This document shows, in pieces, positions 20,119 through 29,877 of a stretch of DNA of 64,000 nt. How positions within the stretch are numbered: position 1 is the first letter of the stretch; every line of letters begins with the position of its first letter. The notes beneath the pieces are model-generated. The model saw only the letters and a program-made list of their open reading frames with translations, had not been told where the DNA came from and made no database searches. Source of the stretch: a bacterium (lineage in GTDB: Bacteria > Bacillota_I > Bacilli_A > RFN20 > CAG-288); NCBI GenBank assembly GCA_963643715.1, contig CAVILQ010000009.1:4520-68519 (forward strand), given 5' to 3'. The position numbers were made by a program, and so were the translations under genes.

Positions 20119-23100
20119 AAAAGTCATTGATTTTCTTAGCCAGTGCCGGATTTCTCGTTTTAGCAGGATGTGGTAAAACATCGGATGAGTCTAATGTCAA
20201 CACAGGCAAATCAAACACCACCGAGAAGAAGGAAGATACGATCAGTTTCGAAAAGGATTCCTATACAATCAATCCAAAAGACAAAGTCACAGTAAAAGAA
20301 GCAGTCAGTGGTGTTGTCTATTCTTTCCAAGGAGGAGCACCGGAAGGAGTCACTCTAGATAGCACAACAGGCGAAATCGATTTCGACGCTTATGCTAACC
20401 CGATTCCAGAGAAGGTCTATATTGCAACTTACAACGGAAAGACTGCAACCACCATCATCAAATTCAACATGCAGCAAGAAAAGCCAGTCCTCACCTTCCA
20501 GAATCTGAGCGACTATCTTGTCGACGGCGATATCGTCTATTGCACAGCTAAAACAGATAAAGGAAGAGAATATGCTGTCAGTTACTCCTTGAAGGAGAAC
20601 GTCGACGGAATCAGCATCAATGCTGAGACCGGCAGAGTCAGTTTCTCTGACAAGGTCAATCATGGCACATCTTTCATCGTTGTAGCAGAAAGTCAGGGTG
20701 TCACTAGCGAAAAGTCTTTCATCGTCATGAAGGATAACATCATCTTCTCTGAGAATGATGTCATCTTGGAAAAAGGGTCAAATGAAGATGCTCTCTTCAC
20801 CTTGAATTTCAACGGCAACAGCGATGGTGAAAAAGAGACAACACAGAATGACGTCAAATTGATTGTTGATGATGTCATTGTCGCTGTCGAAGGTTTCACA
20901 TACGATAAAGAATCAAAGACAGTGACAATTCCACACAGTTATCTTGCAACGCTAGGTAGCGGGGAACACAATCTCAAAGTCACAACGAAGCGAAACAATG
21001 TACCTCTCTCTTTGGCAATCGCTGATAAGATCATCTATGATGCCACCGATTTCATTACCATCTTCGAAGCTGACTATTCCACAGAGACTCCTACATTCAA
21101 AGAAGGAAGCCTTAGCGGCTACTATACTTTAGGCTGTGACATCGATTTATCCGATGTGATCAAAGCTAATGGAGACTGGGCTCCTATCGGTGCCTATAGC
21201 GATGGAATTCATGATGTTCCATTCACCGGAACATTCAACGGAAATGGATACACCATTTCCGGATTCTCCTATAACGGAATGGCACCTGTCAACGGATTAT
21301 TTGGCAGAAACAAAGGAACCATCAAGAACTTCAGACTCAATGGTGAAATCAAGAGTGCAAAGTCTTGGTCTGGTGCTTTGGTCGGAAACAATGCAGGAAC
21401 GATTGAAAACATCATCATGGATGTCAGCTTAGTCAATGAAGGACAAAACGCAACTGGTGTACTTTGCTCCGTCAACCACGGAACCATACAGAACTGTCTT
21501 TCAATCAATGAAAACGTTGTCGGAAATATCGATCCCGACCTTTCCTGGAAACAGAGTGGACTTCTTGTCGGATTGAATGAAACAGATGGTTCCATCAAAA
21601 ACAGTTATGCCGTCGGAAACGGAAACCTCTTCGGGTATAGCCAAAACACAGAAGTGACAGAAGAGAGCGCTGGAAAAGTATTCGATACGATTGCGGAAAT
21701 GAAAGCCTATGATTTCTCCAACCTTCCAACTCACTACTTCAATGTTGAAGAGAATGCTCTTCCAACTCTTAAGACATTATCGATTCCGCATACTCCCGGA
21801 TATTTCGCATTTGGAACTCTTCCTACCTACGCATTAAAAGGAGATAGCGTCGCACTTTCAGCTGTTATCAAGCCTTTTGAAAGAGAAGCAGAATACAAGA
21901 CCTATCTTAGTTATAGCATCGAAGGTGAAAATTATGGTGCGACGATCGTCGACAATTCCCTTTCATTAGCCAACGTAGCTGTACCTGAAGAAGGAGCAAC
22001 ACTTACATTAAAAGCAACATTAAAGATTGATCAGTACGGCATTGATTTATCAACTACTGCAGATATTCTAGTCTACAATTCAATCAGTGGACTCAAGATT
22101 GCTAACAATGAGACGATATTGCAGGCTGGTGATACAATCGAATTAAAGACTGCAACCACACCGGAAAGTGATATCCAAGCCACCTTTAACGCCTCTACAA
22201 CTCCCGTTTGGAAAGGATGCTACTTCACCTTATCCGGCAATAAACTTTCCATCAAGGATGATTGCCCGGATGGACTTGAAATCACAGTCACTGCATCCGC
22301 TATCGGTGAAACAGCCGAAAAGACATTCACTGTCAAGAAACTGAACACTTTAGATAACAGCAATGTCATCCACTATAAAGATGATGTCTCTTCCTTCTCT
22401 TATACTCTTTCTGGAGTTGAGACTATCAAGAATGTTGCCATTGATGGTGCCTCTATCGAAAACACAAAATACACATACTCTAACAACACATTGACATTGG
22501 ATAGTTCACTCATCACAAAAGATGACATTCAGCATGTCATCAAGATCACAGACAATAATGATAATAGTTATCGTGCATTTGCCACTTCCACTAATGAAGA
22601 GAAGGTGACAGAAGAATGGTTGAACAACGCTTTTGGAGCCACAGGATACAAGAAAATCTCATCACTCAGCGACTTCTACACTTACTTTGCTGTTGATGGT
22701 GCTACACACTCAGAACTTGTCTCCAATATGTCTCAGTCCAATGTCTACGCTTTGACTGCCGATCTTGATTTCTCCGGCGTCGATTTCCACGCCATTGGTG
22801 AAAACTTAGGAAGCAGTGATGGAACAATATTCAATGGAAAGTTCTATGGACTTGGTCACACAATCAAAAATGTCAGCATTCAAAAAGATGGAAGCAACTG
22901 GGGTGATGGATTCTTCCGTCAGATCGGTGGTGAAGGAGTAAAGGCTGTTGTCCAGGACATCAACTTTGAAAACTGCACCATCAACAAGACAGGTGGTGAT
23001 GCCACCGGTATTTTAGCCGGTTATGTCGGCGATTCCTCACAGATTCGAAACATCAATGTTTTCTCTTCCACTGTCATCGCCGGTGATGATCAGCCGTTCA

Positions 23101-23204
23101 ATCATGCAACAAATTTAGCCGGTGTTGTTGGAAGAACATGGTCTTCAGATATTAAATATTGTACCTTTAACGGATATAATATCAATTTGATAGGTAATAA
23201 GTAA
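20115..23204 (+). CDS. large surface lipoprotein with GLUG-type beta-helical repeats
   Basis: Lipobox LAGC. Repeated F.G.F.GNG.TI...GLFG / GALVG motifs (FTGTFNGNGYTISGF, NGKFYGLGHTIKN) are characteristic of GLUG repeats; 1030 aa. Confidence 0.55.
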   Translation: MKKSLIFLASAGFLVLAGCGKTSDESNVNTGKSNTTEKKEDTISFEKDSYTINPKDKVTVKEAVSGVVYSFQGGAPEGVTLDSTTGEIDFDAYANPIPEKVYIATYNGKTATTIIKFNMQQEKPVLTFQNLSDYLVDGDIVYCTAKTDKGREYAVSYSLKENVDGISINAETGRVSFSDKVNHGTSFIVVAESQGVTSEKSFIVMKDNIIFSENDVILEKGSNEDALFTLNFNGNSDGEKETTQNDVKLIVDDVIVAVEGFTYDKESKTVTIPHSYLATLGSGEHNLKVTTKRNNVPLSLAIADKIIYDATDFITIFEADYSTETPTFKEGSLSGYYTLGCDIDLSDVIKANGDWAPIGAYSDGIHDVPFTGTFNGNGYTISGFSYNGMAPVNGLFGRNKGTIKNFRLNGEIKSAKSWSGALVGNNAGTIENIIMDVSLVNEGQNATGVLCSVNHGTIQNCLSINENVVGNIDPDLSWKQSGLLVGLNETDGSIKNSYAVGNGNLFGYSQNTEVTEESAGKVFDTIAEMKAYDFSNLPTHYFNVEENALPTLKTLSIPHTPGYFAFGTLPTYALKGDSVALSAVIKPFEREAEYKTYLSYSIEGENYGATIVDNSLSLANVAVPEEGATLTLKATLKIDQYGIDLSTTADILVYNSISGLKIANNETILQAGDTIELKTATTPESDIQATFNASTTPVWKGCYFTLSGNKLSIKDDCPDGLEITVTASAIGETAEKTFTVKKLNTLDNSNVIHYKDDVSSFSYTLSGVETIKNVAIDGASIENTKYTYSNNTLTLDSSLITKDDIQHVIKITDNNDNSYRAFATSTNEEKVTEEWLNNAFGATGYKKISSLSDFYTYFAVDGATHSELVSNMSQSNVYALTADLDFSGVDFHAIGENLGSSDGTIFNGKFYGLGHTIKNVSIQKDGSNWGDGFFRQIGGEGVKAVVQDINFENCTINKTGGDATGILAGYVGDSSQIRNINVFSSTVIAGDDQPFNHATNLAGVVGRTWSSDIKYCTFNGYNINLIGNK

Positions 23205-23206
23205 TA

Positions 23207-24367
23207 ATGAACGAAATTTTAGGAAAAAATCAATCGATAGCAAGAATACTGAATAACGAAATAGTTCTAAAGCAGTTGAGGGAAAAACCGACGAGCGGAA
23301 CTGAATTAGCTGAGAAGCTATCCCTTTCCAATGCAACTGTGAGTTCCATTCTCCGTTCCCTTTTAGCTAGTGGCATCATTCAAATCTGTGCAAATGAAAA
23401 GACAAACGCCAAAGGAAGAAAGAGAGTCACCTATTCCATCAATCAGAATTATGGGTTAGTCCTTGTATTCTCAATCACAAGCTATCATTCTCATCCGATC
23501 ATCGCAAACCTTCTAGGTGAGAATCTCTATGAGTCTGACCATGAAATCGAAAACTATTCTCTCTCCGTCTTTGAGAATGAAATTAAGAATGTAAAAGAAG
23601 TCCTGAAGCGCTCCGCGTTCAAGAATATTCCAATCCGCTCTGTCATCATCTCTCTTCCAGGATTGGTCAATCAGAAGACAGGTCAATTACAGGTATCACC
23701 TCAATTCGATAAAGACCTCTTCTCTAACTCTCAGACTTTGATTTCTCTCTTCCAGGATGCTTTTCATTGTCCTGTGACATTAGAGAATGATACCAAACTG
23801 ATGATGATGGCTGAACTGGCCAAGAATTCATTCAAGGATGGAAACTCTGGTCTATTAGCCTATATCGATTATGGTATCGGCGGTGCATTTGAATTCGACA
23901 ATAAGCTCTATTGGGGAGCTAGAGGATACTCTGGTGAAATCGGTAGACTCGTTGTCAAAGTGGATGGTGAATCCCATCATCTTGATGACTTTGCCTCTCT
24001 CCGCGCTATTCAGAAAAACGTATCGGAAAAGAAAGGAAAGAACATTCCAATCTCTCAGATATACGACTTGTTCCATCAAGGAGATGAAGATGTATTAAAG
24101 GCAGTATCCATCTCTGCAAGAAGTGTCGGAAAAGCACTCAAAGAGATAATCCGTGTCATCGACATCGATCAGTTCATCCTCTCTGGCAGCATCACAAACT
24201 TCGGTGACTACTATTTGAAGTATGTACAGGAAGAGACAATGCTAGCCAACGATTCAGCTATTGTCAAATTCTCAACATTGAACGACTATGCAATCTGTGA
24301 TGGTGCAAAAGAGATGGGAATCTCTTATGTCCTATCAACTGCTTTAGAATCTCTAAAGAACCAATGA
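23207..24367 (+). CDS. ROK-family transcriptional regulator (NagC/XylR-like)
   Basis: N-terminal wHTH (GTELAEKLSLSNATVSSILRSL) plus a ROK sugar-kinase-like domain; 386 aa. Confidence 0.8.
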   Translation: MNEILGKNQSIARILNNEIVLKQLREKPTSGTELAEKLSLSNATVSSILRSLLASGIIQICANEKTNAKGRKRVTYSINQNYGLVLVFSITSYHSHPIIANLLGENLYESDHEIENYSLSVFENEIKNVKEVLKRSAFKNIPIRSVIISLPGLVNQKTGQLQVSPQFDKDLFSNSQTLISLFQDAFHCPVTLENDTKLMMMAELAKNSFKDGNSGLLAYIDYGIGGAFEFDNKLYWGARGYSGEIGRLVVKVDGESHHLDDFASLRAIQKNVSEKKGKNIPISQIYDLFHQGDEDVLKAVSISARSVGKALKEIIRVIDIDQFILSGSITNFGDYYLKYVQEETMLANDSAIVKFSTLNDYAICDGAKEMGISYVLSTALESLKNQ

Positions 24368-24376
24368 GGTAATCTT

Positions 24377-25996
24377 ATGGAAACACTACGCCTAGAACAT
24401 GTATCGAAAACCTATAAGGCAAAAAAGAGAAAAGAGAAGGATGTTGAAGCAGTAAAAGACTTTTGTCTCTCTGCAGATGATGATGAGTTCATCGTCTTTG
24501 TCGGACCATCCGGATGCGGAAAATCCACCACTCTTAGAATGATTGCCGGTTTTGAAGATATCACAGATGGTGACCTTTACATCAACGGTCAGAGAATGAA
24601 TGATATCGAACCAAATTACCGTGATATCGCGATGGTCTTCCAAAACTATGCGCTCTATCCTCACATGACTGCATATCAGAACATGGCTTTCGGATTAAAA
24701 AACAGGCATGTTCCAAAAGAAGAGATCGATGAGAAGATTCGTGCAGCTGCTAAGATTCTCGATATCGAGGAACTGTTAGACAGAAAGCCTGGTGCAATGT
24801 CAGGCGGTCAAAGACAAAGAGTCGCTTTAGGTAGAGCTATTGTCAGAAGACCGAAGATCTTCCTTCTCGATGAACCTCTGTCCAATTTGGATGCTAAGCT
24901 TAGAGCAACGATGCGCGTTGAAATCACTCGTCTCTTTGAGAAACTGAAGACAACATTCATCTATGTCACACATGACCAAGTAGAAGCAATGACGATGGGA
25001 AGCAGAATCGTTGTCATGAAAAGCGGTGTCGTTCAGCAAATTGATACTCCAACGAACATCTTCGACTATCCAAAGAATAGATTTGTCGCCGGTTTCTTAG
25101 GAACACCTCAGATGAACTTCTATGAAGGAATCGGAAAGAGAATCGAGAACGATTTCATCTTCACGATGCATGGAAAGGAACTCCGTTATCCTCTTTCTGA
25201 ACTAAAAGAATTGCATCAAAGCATGTTAGACGGAAATGAACATAAAATGATTCTCGGTATCCGTCCAGATGATATCAAGATTTCTGATATGGGTGATTTC
25301 AAGACAAGAATCAACATTATGGAAATCCTTGGAAATGAAGCAATCGTCTATACCGACTTCAGTGAGAATAACGATGGAAGCAAAGAGAGCGAAACCTCTC
25401 TTGTCATCAAAGTTCCAGGAAGAATCGAAGCAAAGAAGGGAGACGACATCTCTATCCTTTTGCCTGCTGAAAAGATTCATTTCTTCGAAAATGATGAGAA
25501 AGATGAAAAGTCCCTTATCATCTCTCCACGCAGTTCATTGACAGAGATGAAAGGATACTTGTCATATGAGAACGAATCCTTTGAATTCCTCTTTGAAAAC
25601 GGAGTCAAGTTCACACTTGATTTCATCAACAAAGAAACAATCAATGAAGTATATCGAAGCGGAACACATCGTGTAAAGATGGTCATTCCAACCGATGCTG
25701 TCTCATTCGATGACAATGGCGAAATCGAAGCCATCTATGAAGGTGATGGCATTTACGGAAAGAAGAGACTATCTCGACTTGAGCTGAATCTTTCACTCGA
25801 TTATCAGTCCTCATTCGATTCACCTATATCCCATCTGTATGTACCATACAAAGCAGGGTACAAGTCTCAAGACCACGTTCACATCCATATCGACACTTCT
25901 GCCATTGATTTCATCGGTGATGATCATTTATCCATCTACGATTTAAACAAGAAAGAGAAAGAGATTACTGAATATAGAGTAAGTGAGTGTGAGTGA
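24377..25996 (+). CDS. sugar ABC transporter ATP-binding protein (MsmK/MalK-like) with extended C-terminal region
   Basis: GPSGCGKST Walker A, LSGGQRQR signature and a LLDEPLSNLD Walker B-like motif. At 539 aa it is about 170 aa longer than a typical MalK. Confidence 0.8.
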   Translation: METLRLEHVSKTYKAKKRKEKDVEAVKDFCLSADDDEFIVFVGPSGCGKSTTLRMIAGFEDITDGDLYINGQRMNDIEPNYRDIAMVFQNYALYPHMTAYQNMAFGLKNRHVPKEEIDEKIRAAAKILDIEELLDRKPGAMSGGQRQRVALGRAIVRRPKIFLLDEPLSNLDAKLRATMRVEITRLFEKLKTTFIYVTHDQVEAMTMGSRIVVMKSGVVQQIDTPTNIFDYPKNRFVAGFLGTPQMNFYEGIGKRIENDFIFTMHGKELRYPLSELKELHQSMLDGNEHKMILGIRPDDIKISDMGDFKTRINIMEILGNEAIVYTDFSENNDGSKESETSLVIKVPGRIEAKKGDDISILLPAEKIHFFENDEKDEKSLIISPRSSLTEMKGYLSYENESFEFLFENGVKFTLDFINKETINEVYRSGTHRVKMVIPTDAVSFDDNGEIEAIYEGDGIYGKKRLSRLELNLSLDYQSSFDSPISHLYVPYKAGYKSQDHVHIHIDTSAIDFIGDDHLSIYDLNKKEKEITEYRVSECE

Positions 25997-26015
25997 AGAC
26001 TGATTAATTTGCTTA

Positions 26016-26049
26016 CTAGAGTTCTACATTTATTGTAGAACTCTTTTTT
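26016..26049 (+). terminator. intrinsic terminator (agagttctac-...-gtagaactct-TTTTTT)
   Basis: 10-bp stem plus a T-run after the ATPase stop. Confidence 0.7.
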
Positions 26050-26386
26050 GTGTAAAAGAAATTGTTTAATTAACTTAGTGATGAAATAAAGCAATATTAA
26101 ATTATAAGAATTATAAGCAAAACATAGAATAAGTTGTGATAAAAACATCACTCTCCTAATACAACAACGCCGTAGAATGAAATGACAATCTAGTCGTTCA
26201 TAAATATGGTATCAAGTTTTGAAGGCTGTATTAAATCCTTCTCGCTATATGCGATTTTTCGTTTATGATTCATTAGGATAACCAATTCTTATCTTCTATA
26301 TATGTTCCAATGCTGAGAATCACAAAAACATTGGCTATATGATTCTTAATTTCGTTTACTTGTTTTTACTGATTTGATATAATTTA

Positions 26387-26470
<84 letters not shown>

Positions 26471-26483
26471 TTTTATTTTCAAA

Positions 26484-26936
26484 ATGACTAAGACTGATTT
26501 AAAGATCATATTAGACCATCTATATGAAGAAGCACAGATTTCATGCCAAGAGCATGAAATCCCTGTTTCTGCATGTCTTGTATTAGAAAATGGAAGACAA
26601 TTCTATAGTCATAATGAAGTAGAGAAATATAACGACCCCTTTATGCATGCTGAATTCTCCGTGATCGATAGAGCGCTAAAGCTTACAGACGGTCGTTATC
26701 TGAAGAATAGTACGCTTATCGTTACAATGGAGCCCTGCCTATTATGCATGGGTGCAGTCATAAAGGCTGGAGTATCCTCTTTATATTATGTGCTTCCCGA
26801 TGAGAAGGGCGGGGCCCTATCTCATTATCACGCATTTGTTGATGATAAACTGAAAGTCTCTGAAATCGAAGATGCTCGATTCAAGAAATTGATGAATGAC
26901 TTCTTCAATACACTGAGAAATCAAGATAAGAAATAG
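26484..26936 (+). CDS. CMP/dCMP-type zinc deaminase family protein (TadA-like tRNA adenosine deaminase)
   Basis: HAEFSVI...MEPCLLCMGAV zinc-binding H-A-E / PC..C motifs. Start moved to MTKTD so it does not overlap the SRP RNA. Confidence 0.65.
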   Translation: MTKTDLKIILDHLYEEAQISCQEHEIPVSACLVLENGRQFYSHNEVEKYNDPFMHAEFSVIDRALKLTDGRYLKNSTLIVTMEPCLLCMGAVIKAGVSSLYYVLPDEKGGALSHYHAFVDDKLKVSEIEDARFKKLMNDFFNTLRNQDKK

Positions 26937-26996
26937 GCTTCTTGTGATAAAATTATTTTTTGGATACTATTTTGATAAAGAAGGAGAATACGAACG

Positions 26997-28097
26997 ATGG
27001 ATTACATGATCGAAAGACTCAAGGCGATGAAGATTCGTCTCACCGATATTGATAATATACTTACTGAAGGCAAGGCTGATATTCCGACAATGACAAAACT
27101 CAGTAAGGAAAGAGCCACATTGGAAGATCCTGTCAGAATGTATGATGAACTGACAAGAAAAGAATCAGACCAGAAAGACGCCTTGGAAATGATGAAAGAC
27201 TCTGATCCTGAAATCAAGGCAATGGGAAAAGAGGAATTCGATACCCTTGCCGATGAAATCGAAAAGCTAAGAGAAGACCTCAAGATCGCTCTTCTTCCGA
27301 AAGATGAAAACGATGACAAGAACATCATCATGGAAATCCGTGGTGCTGCAGGCGGAGATGAAGCCAATATCTTTGCCGGCGATCTTTTCCGTATGTATTC
27401 CCACTATGCCGATAGAATGGGATGGAAAATTGAAATCCTTGATTCTCTTCCGACACCATTAGGCGGATACTCCCTCATCTCCTACAAAGTCAAAGGAAAA
27501 ATGGTCTATTCCAAGCTCAAATTCGAAAGTGGAGCTCACCGTGTCCAAAGAGTCCCTGTCACCGAAGCGAACGGAAAAATCCAGACCTCTACTGCAACAG
27601 TTTTAGTCATGCCTGAAATCGAGCATGTCGATATCACCATCAACCCTGCCGACTTGCAGATTGACACATATCACTCCTCCGGAGCCGGCGGACAGAACGT
27701 CAACAAGACAGAATCCGCTGTCCGTATCACACATATCCCCTCTGGAATCGTTGTCTCCTGCCAGGTCGAAAGAGACCAGCTTGCCAACAAGGAAACCTGC
27801 ATGGAAATGTTAAAAGCCAAGCTTCAGGCTAAGCATGACGCTGAGATTGAAGAGAAGGTCGGCGGTGAAAGAAGGCTCAAAGTCGGAACCGGCGAAAGAA
27901 ACGAAAGAATCCGTACCTACAACTATCCTCAAAACCGTGTCACCGATCATCGTATCGGTTATAGCTGCCTTAACCTTCCTAAGATCATGAATGGCGACTT
28001 AGACGAAATGCTTACAGCCTTGAATGAAGCAAACCAGAAGGATCTTTTGGAAGAGCAGACAAAGCAGTTACAGGCTGAAATGAAAGACAAAGAATAA
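26997..28097 (+). CDS. prfA: peptide chain release factor 1
   Basis: GGQ motif (SGAGGQNVNK) and the PVT tripeptide anticodon motif typical of RF1; 366 aa. Confidence 0.85.
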   Translation: MDYMIERLKAMKIRLTDIDNILTEGKADIPTMTKLSKERATLEDPVRMYDELTRKESDQKDALEMMKDSDPEIKAMGKEEFDTLADEIEKLREDLKIALLPKDENDDKNIIMEIRGAAGGDEANIFAGDLFRMYSHYADRMGWKIEILDSLPTPLGGYSLISYKVKGKMVYSKLKFESGAHRVQRVPVTEANGKIQTSTATVLVMPEIEHVDITINPADLQIDTYHSSGAGGQNVNKTESAVRITHIPSGIVVSCQVERDQLANKETCMEMLKAKLQAKHDAEIEEKVGGERRLKVGTGERNERIRTYNYPQNRVTDHRIGYSCLNLPKIMNGDLDEMLTALNEANQKDLLEEQTKQLQAEMKDKE

Positions 28098-28104
28098 GCG
28101 TTCG

Positions 28105-28968
28105 ATGACTTACAATGAGTTTTTCCGTGAAGCACAGAAGATAGGCATTCCATTAGCGGATATCCGGGTTGTTTTTAACGGATATTTCCATATGCCGTTT
28201 GATTATATCGGGATTCATGGAGAAGAAACTGCTGAAAATGCTGAGAATGCTCTTTTTCTATTGAAACAAGGATATCCAAGCAACTATTTAGCTGGATATA
28301 TCGATATACTCTCTCTTCACATTTTCCTTGATGAATCAACACTGATTCCAAGGAATGAGACTGCGGATTTTATATACAACTATCTCTATAAGCTCAATTT
28401 AAATGAAAAGAAAATACTAGATCTTTGCACGGGTTCCGGTTTTATCGCAATCGCACTGAAAAAGAAGTTCCCGAAAGCGGAAATCTTCGCCTCCGATATA
28501 TCAAAACAAGCTTTGACAATGGCGGAAAAATCAAGCAAACTCAACGAGGCACCAATTCACTTCATTCATTCCGATTTCTTGAAAGACATTCATGAATCTT
28601 TTGATATCATCGTATCAAATCCACCATACATCGAAGAGAATAGCAAAGAAGTCTTAGCTCCATTTGAGCCAAGGCTTGCCTTATTCTCTGGAATGGATGG
28701 CCTTGATTCGTATCGAAGCATATTCAAAGACCTCGATTCTCATCTAAACAAAGATGGAAAAGCATATTTTGAAATGGAATCCACAAACAGTGAGAATACA
28801 AAATCTTTATTCGATTCGATGCATTCAGAAAAATATTCATCTAGCATTTGGAAAGACTCTTACGACAGAGATCGTTATTTGATTATTGAATCACTCTGCT
28901 GTTCCACCCATCCACGTTCTACCTTCCACAATCAAAGCAATCAGGAAAGAAAGCATCAGGATAACTAA
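28105..28968 (+). CDS. prmC: release factor glutamine N5-methyltransferase
   Basis: SAM-methyltransferase motifs (LDLCTGSG; NPPY) immediately downstream of prfA. Confidence 0.8.
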   Translation: MTYNEFFREAQKIGIPLADIRVVFNGYFHMPFDYIGIHGEETAENAENALFLLKQGYPSNYLAGYIDILSLHIFLDESTLIPRNETADFIYNYLYKLNLNEKKILDLCTGSGFIAIALKKKFPKAEIFASDISKQALTMAEKSSKLNEAPIHFIHSDFLKDIHESFDIIVSNPPYIEENSKEVLAPFEPRLALFSGMDGLDSYRSIFKDLDSHLNKDGKAYFEMESTNSENTKSLFDSMHSEKYSSSIWKDSYDRDRYLIIESLCCSTHPRSTFHNQSNQERKHQDN

Positions 28969-29796
28969 GTCAATAATGAGGAATACAGGTCTCATTTGAA
29001 ATTCTTTTGATATGACAAGAATAAGAGTCAGAAAGAATCCGGCGGTATAGAAATATAGGTATTTATAATCTCTCGGGAATTTCAAAGAACCTAGAAATGT
29101 CAAGGCAATCAAAATCATTGCAAGCAGGTCTAATCCGGAAAAGACAGCCATGAACGATGTTCCCTTTTTCTGCATGCTTGTTATGTAATATATCATCAAA
29201 GTCACAAAGACAATTCCGAAAGAGAAGATTCGTGCCAGCCTTGAAAACTTCGCCTGTTTTCTCTTCTTCATCTTCGCTTTTTCTATGCCATCCATGATAT
29301 TCTCAATATCATCCTCAATGTGCTTATTCGCTGAAGTGGCATTCAGAAAATCATAAAGTGTGTCTTCATTCGTATCCTCTTTGACTGCCCCCGCCTGTTT
29401 TTTCTTTCGCTTAGCATAATGAAGATAAGATATAATACTGATTGCAAAACCGATTAAGCAATATACGATCTGAACCCAGAAAACAGCGGTGAAATTAAAA
29501 TCAAATCCATCCGGAGAAAAATCACTGAACTGAAGAACATATATAATCACCAATTCTAAAAAATAGAAAAAGGTTGTTCGAATAGGTCTCACCAATGTCA
29601 TCGTTCCCGTTCCCACGATGGCACCTATTAAAGTAATGCAGCGTATGACAATATCCGTAACCTGATTTGTCTCGTCTGTGTAATAGAGAACATAAGTCGG
29701 CATCACTAAAAACATAGCCATAGAAACAAACACAATGATTCTATCTAGATTATCGATTCGAAAGACAAAGGCTAAAATCTTTTTCATAGTAAACAT
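28891..29796 (-). CDS. hypothetical polytopic membrane protein
   Basis: 301 aa with about 8 hydrophobic helices; overlaps the prmC 3' end convergently by 78 nt. Confidence 0.45.
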   Translation of the reverse strand: MFTMKKILAFVFRIDNLDRIIVFVSMAMFLVMPTYVLYYTDETNQVTDIVIRCITLIGAIVGTGTMTLVRPIRTTFFYFLELVIIYVLQFSDFSPDGFDFNFTAVFWVQIVYCLIGFAISIISYLHYAKRKKKQAGAVKEDTNEDTLYDFLNATSANKHIEDDIENIMDGIEKAKMKKRKQAKFSRLARIFSFGIVFVTLMIYYITSMQKKGTSFMAVFSGLDLLAMILIALTFLGSLKFPRDYKYLYFYTAGFFLTLILVISKEFQMRPVFLIIDLVILMLSFLIALIVEGRTWMGGTAE

Positions 29797-29877
29797 TATA
29801 CTTCTTTTTCTTCTTATAAATGAGATAGAAATGTACGTTCTCGGTTATAATATTAAAGTCTTATATAGAGGTAAGAA

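Noticed and set aside
27002-27367. 121-aa minus-strand ORF antisense to prfA
   Set aside because: Serine-rich low-complexity translation entirely within a well-supported essential gene. It is an artefact.
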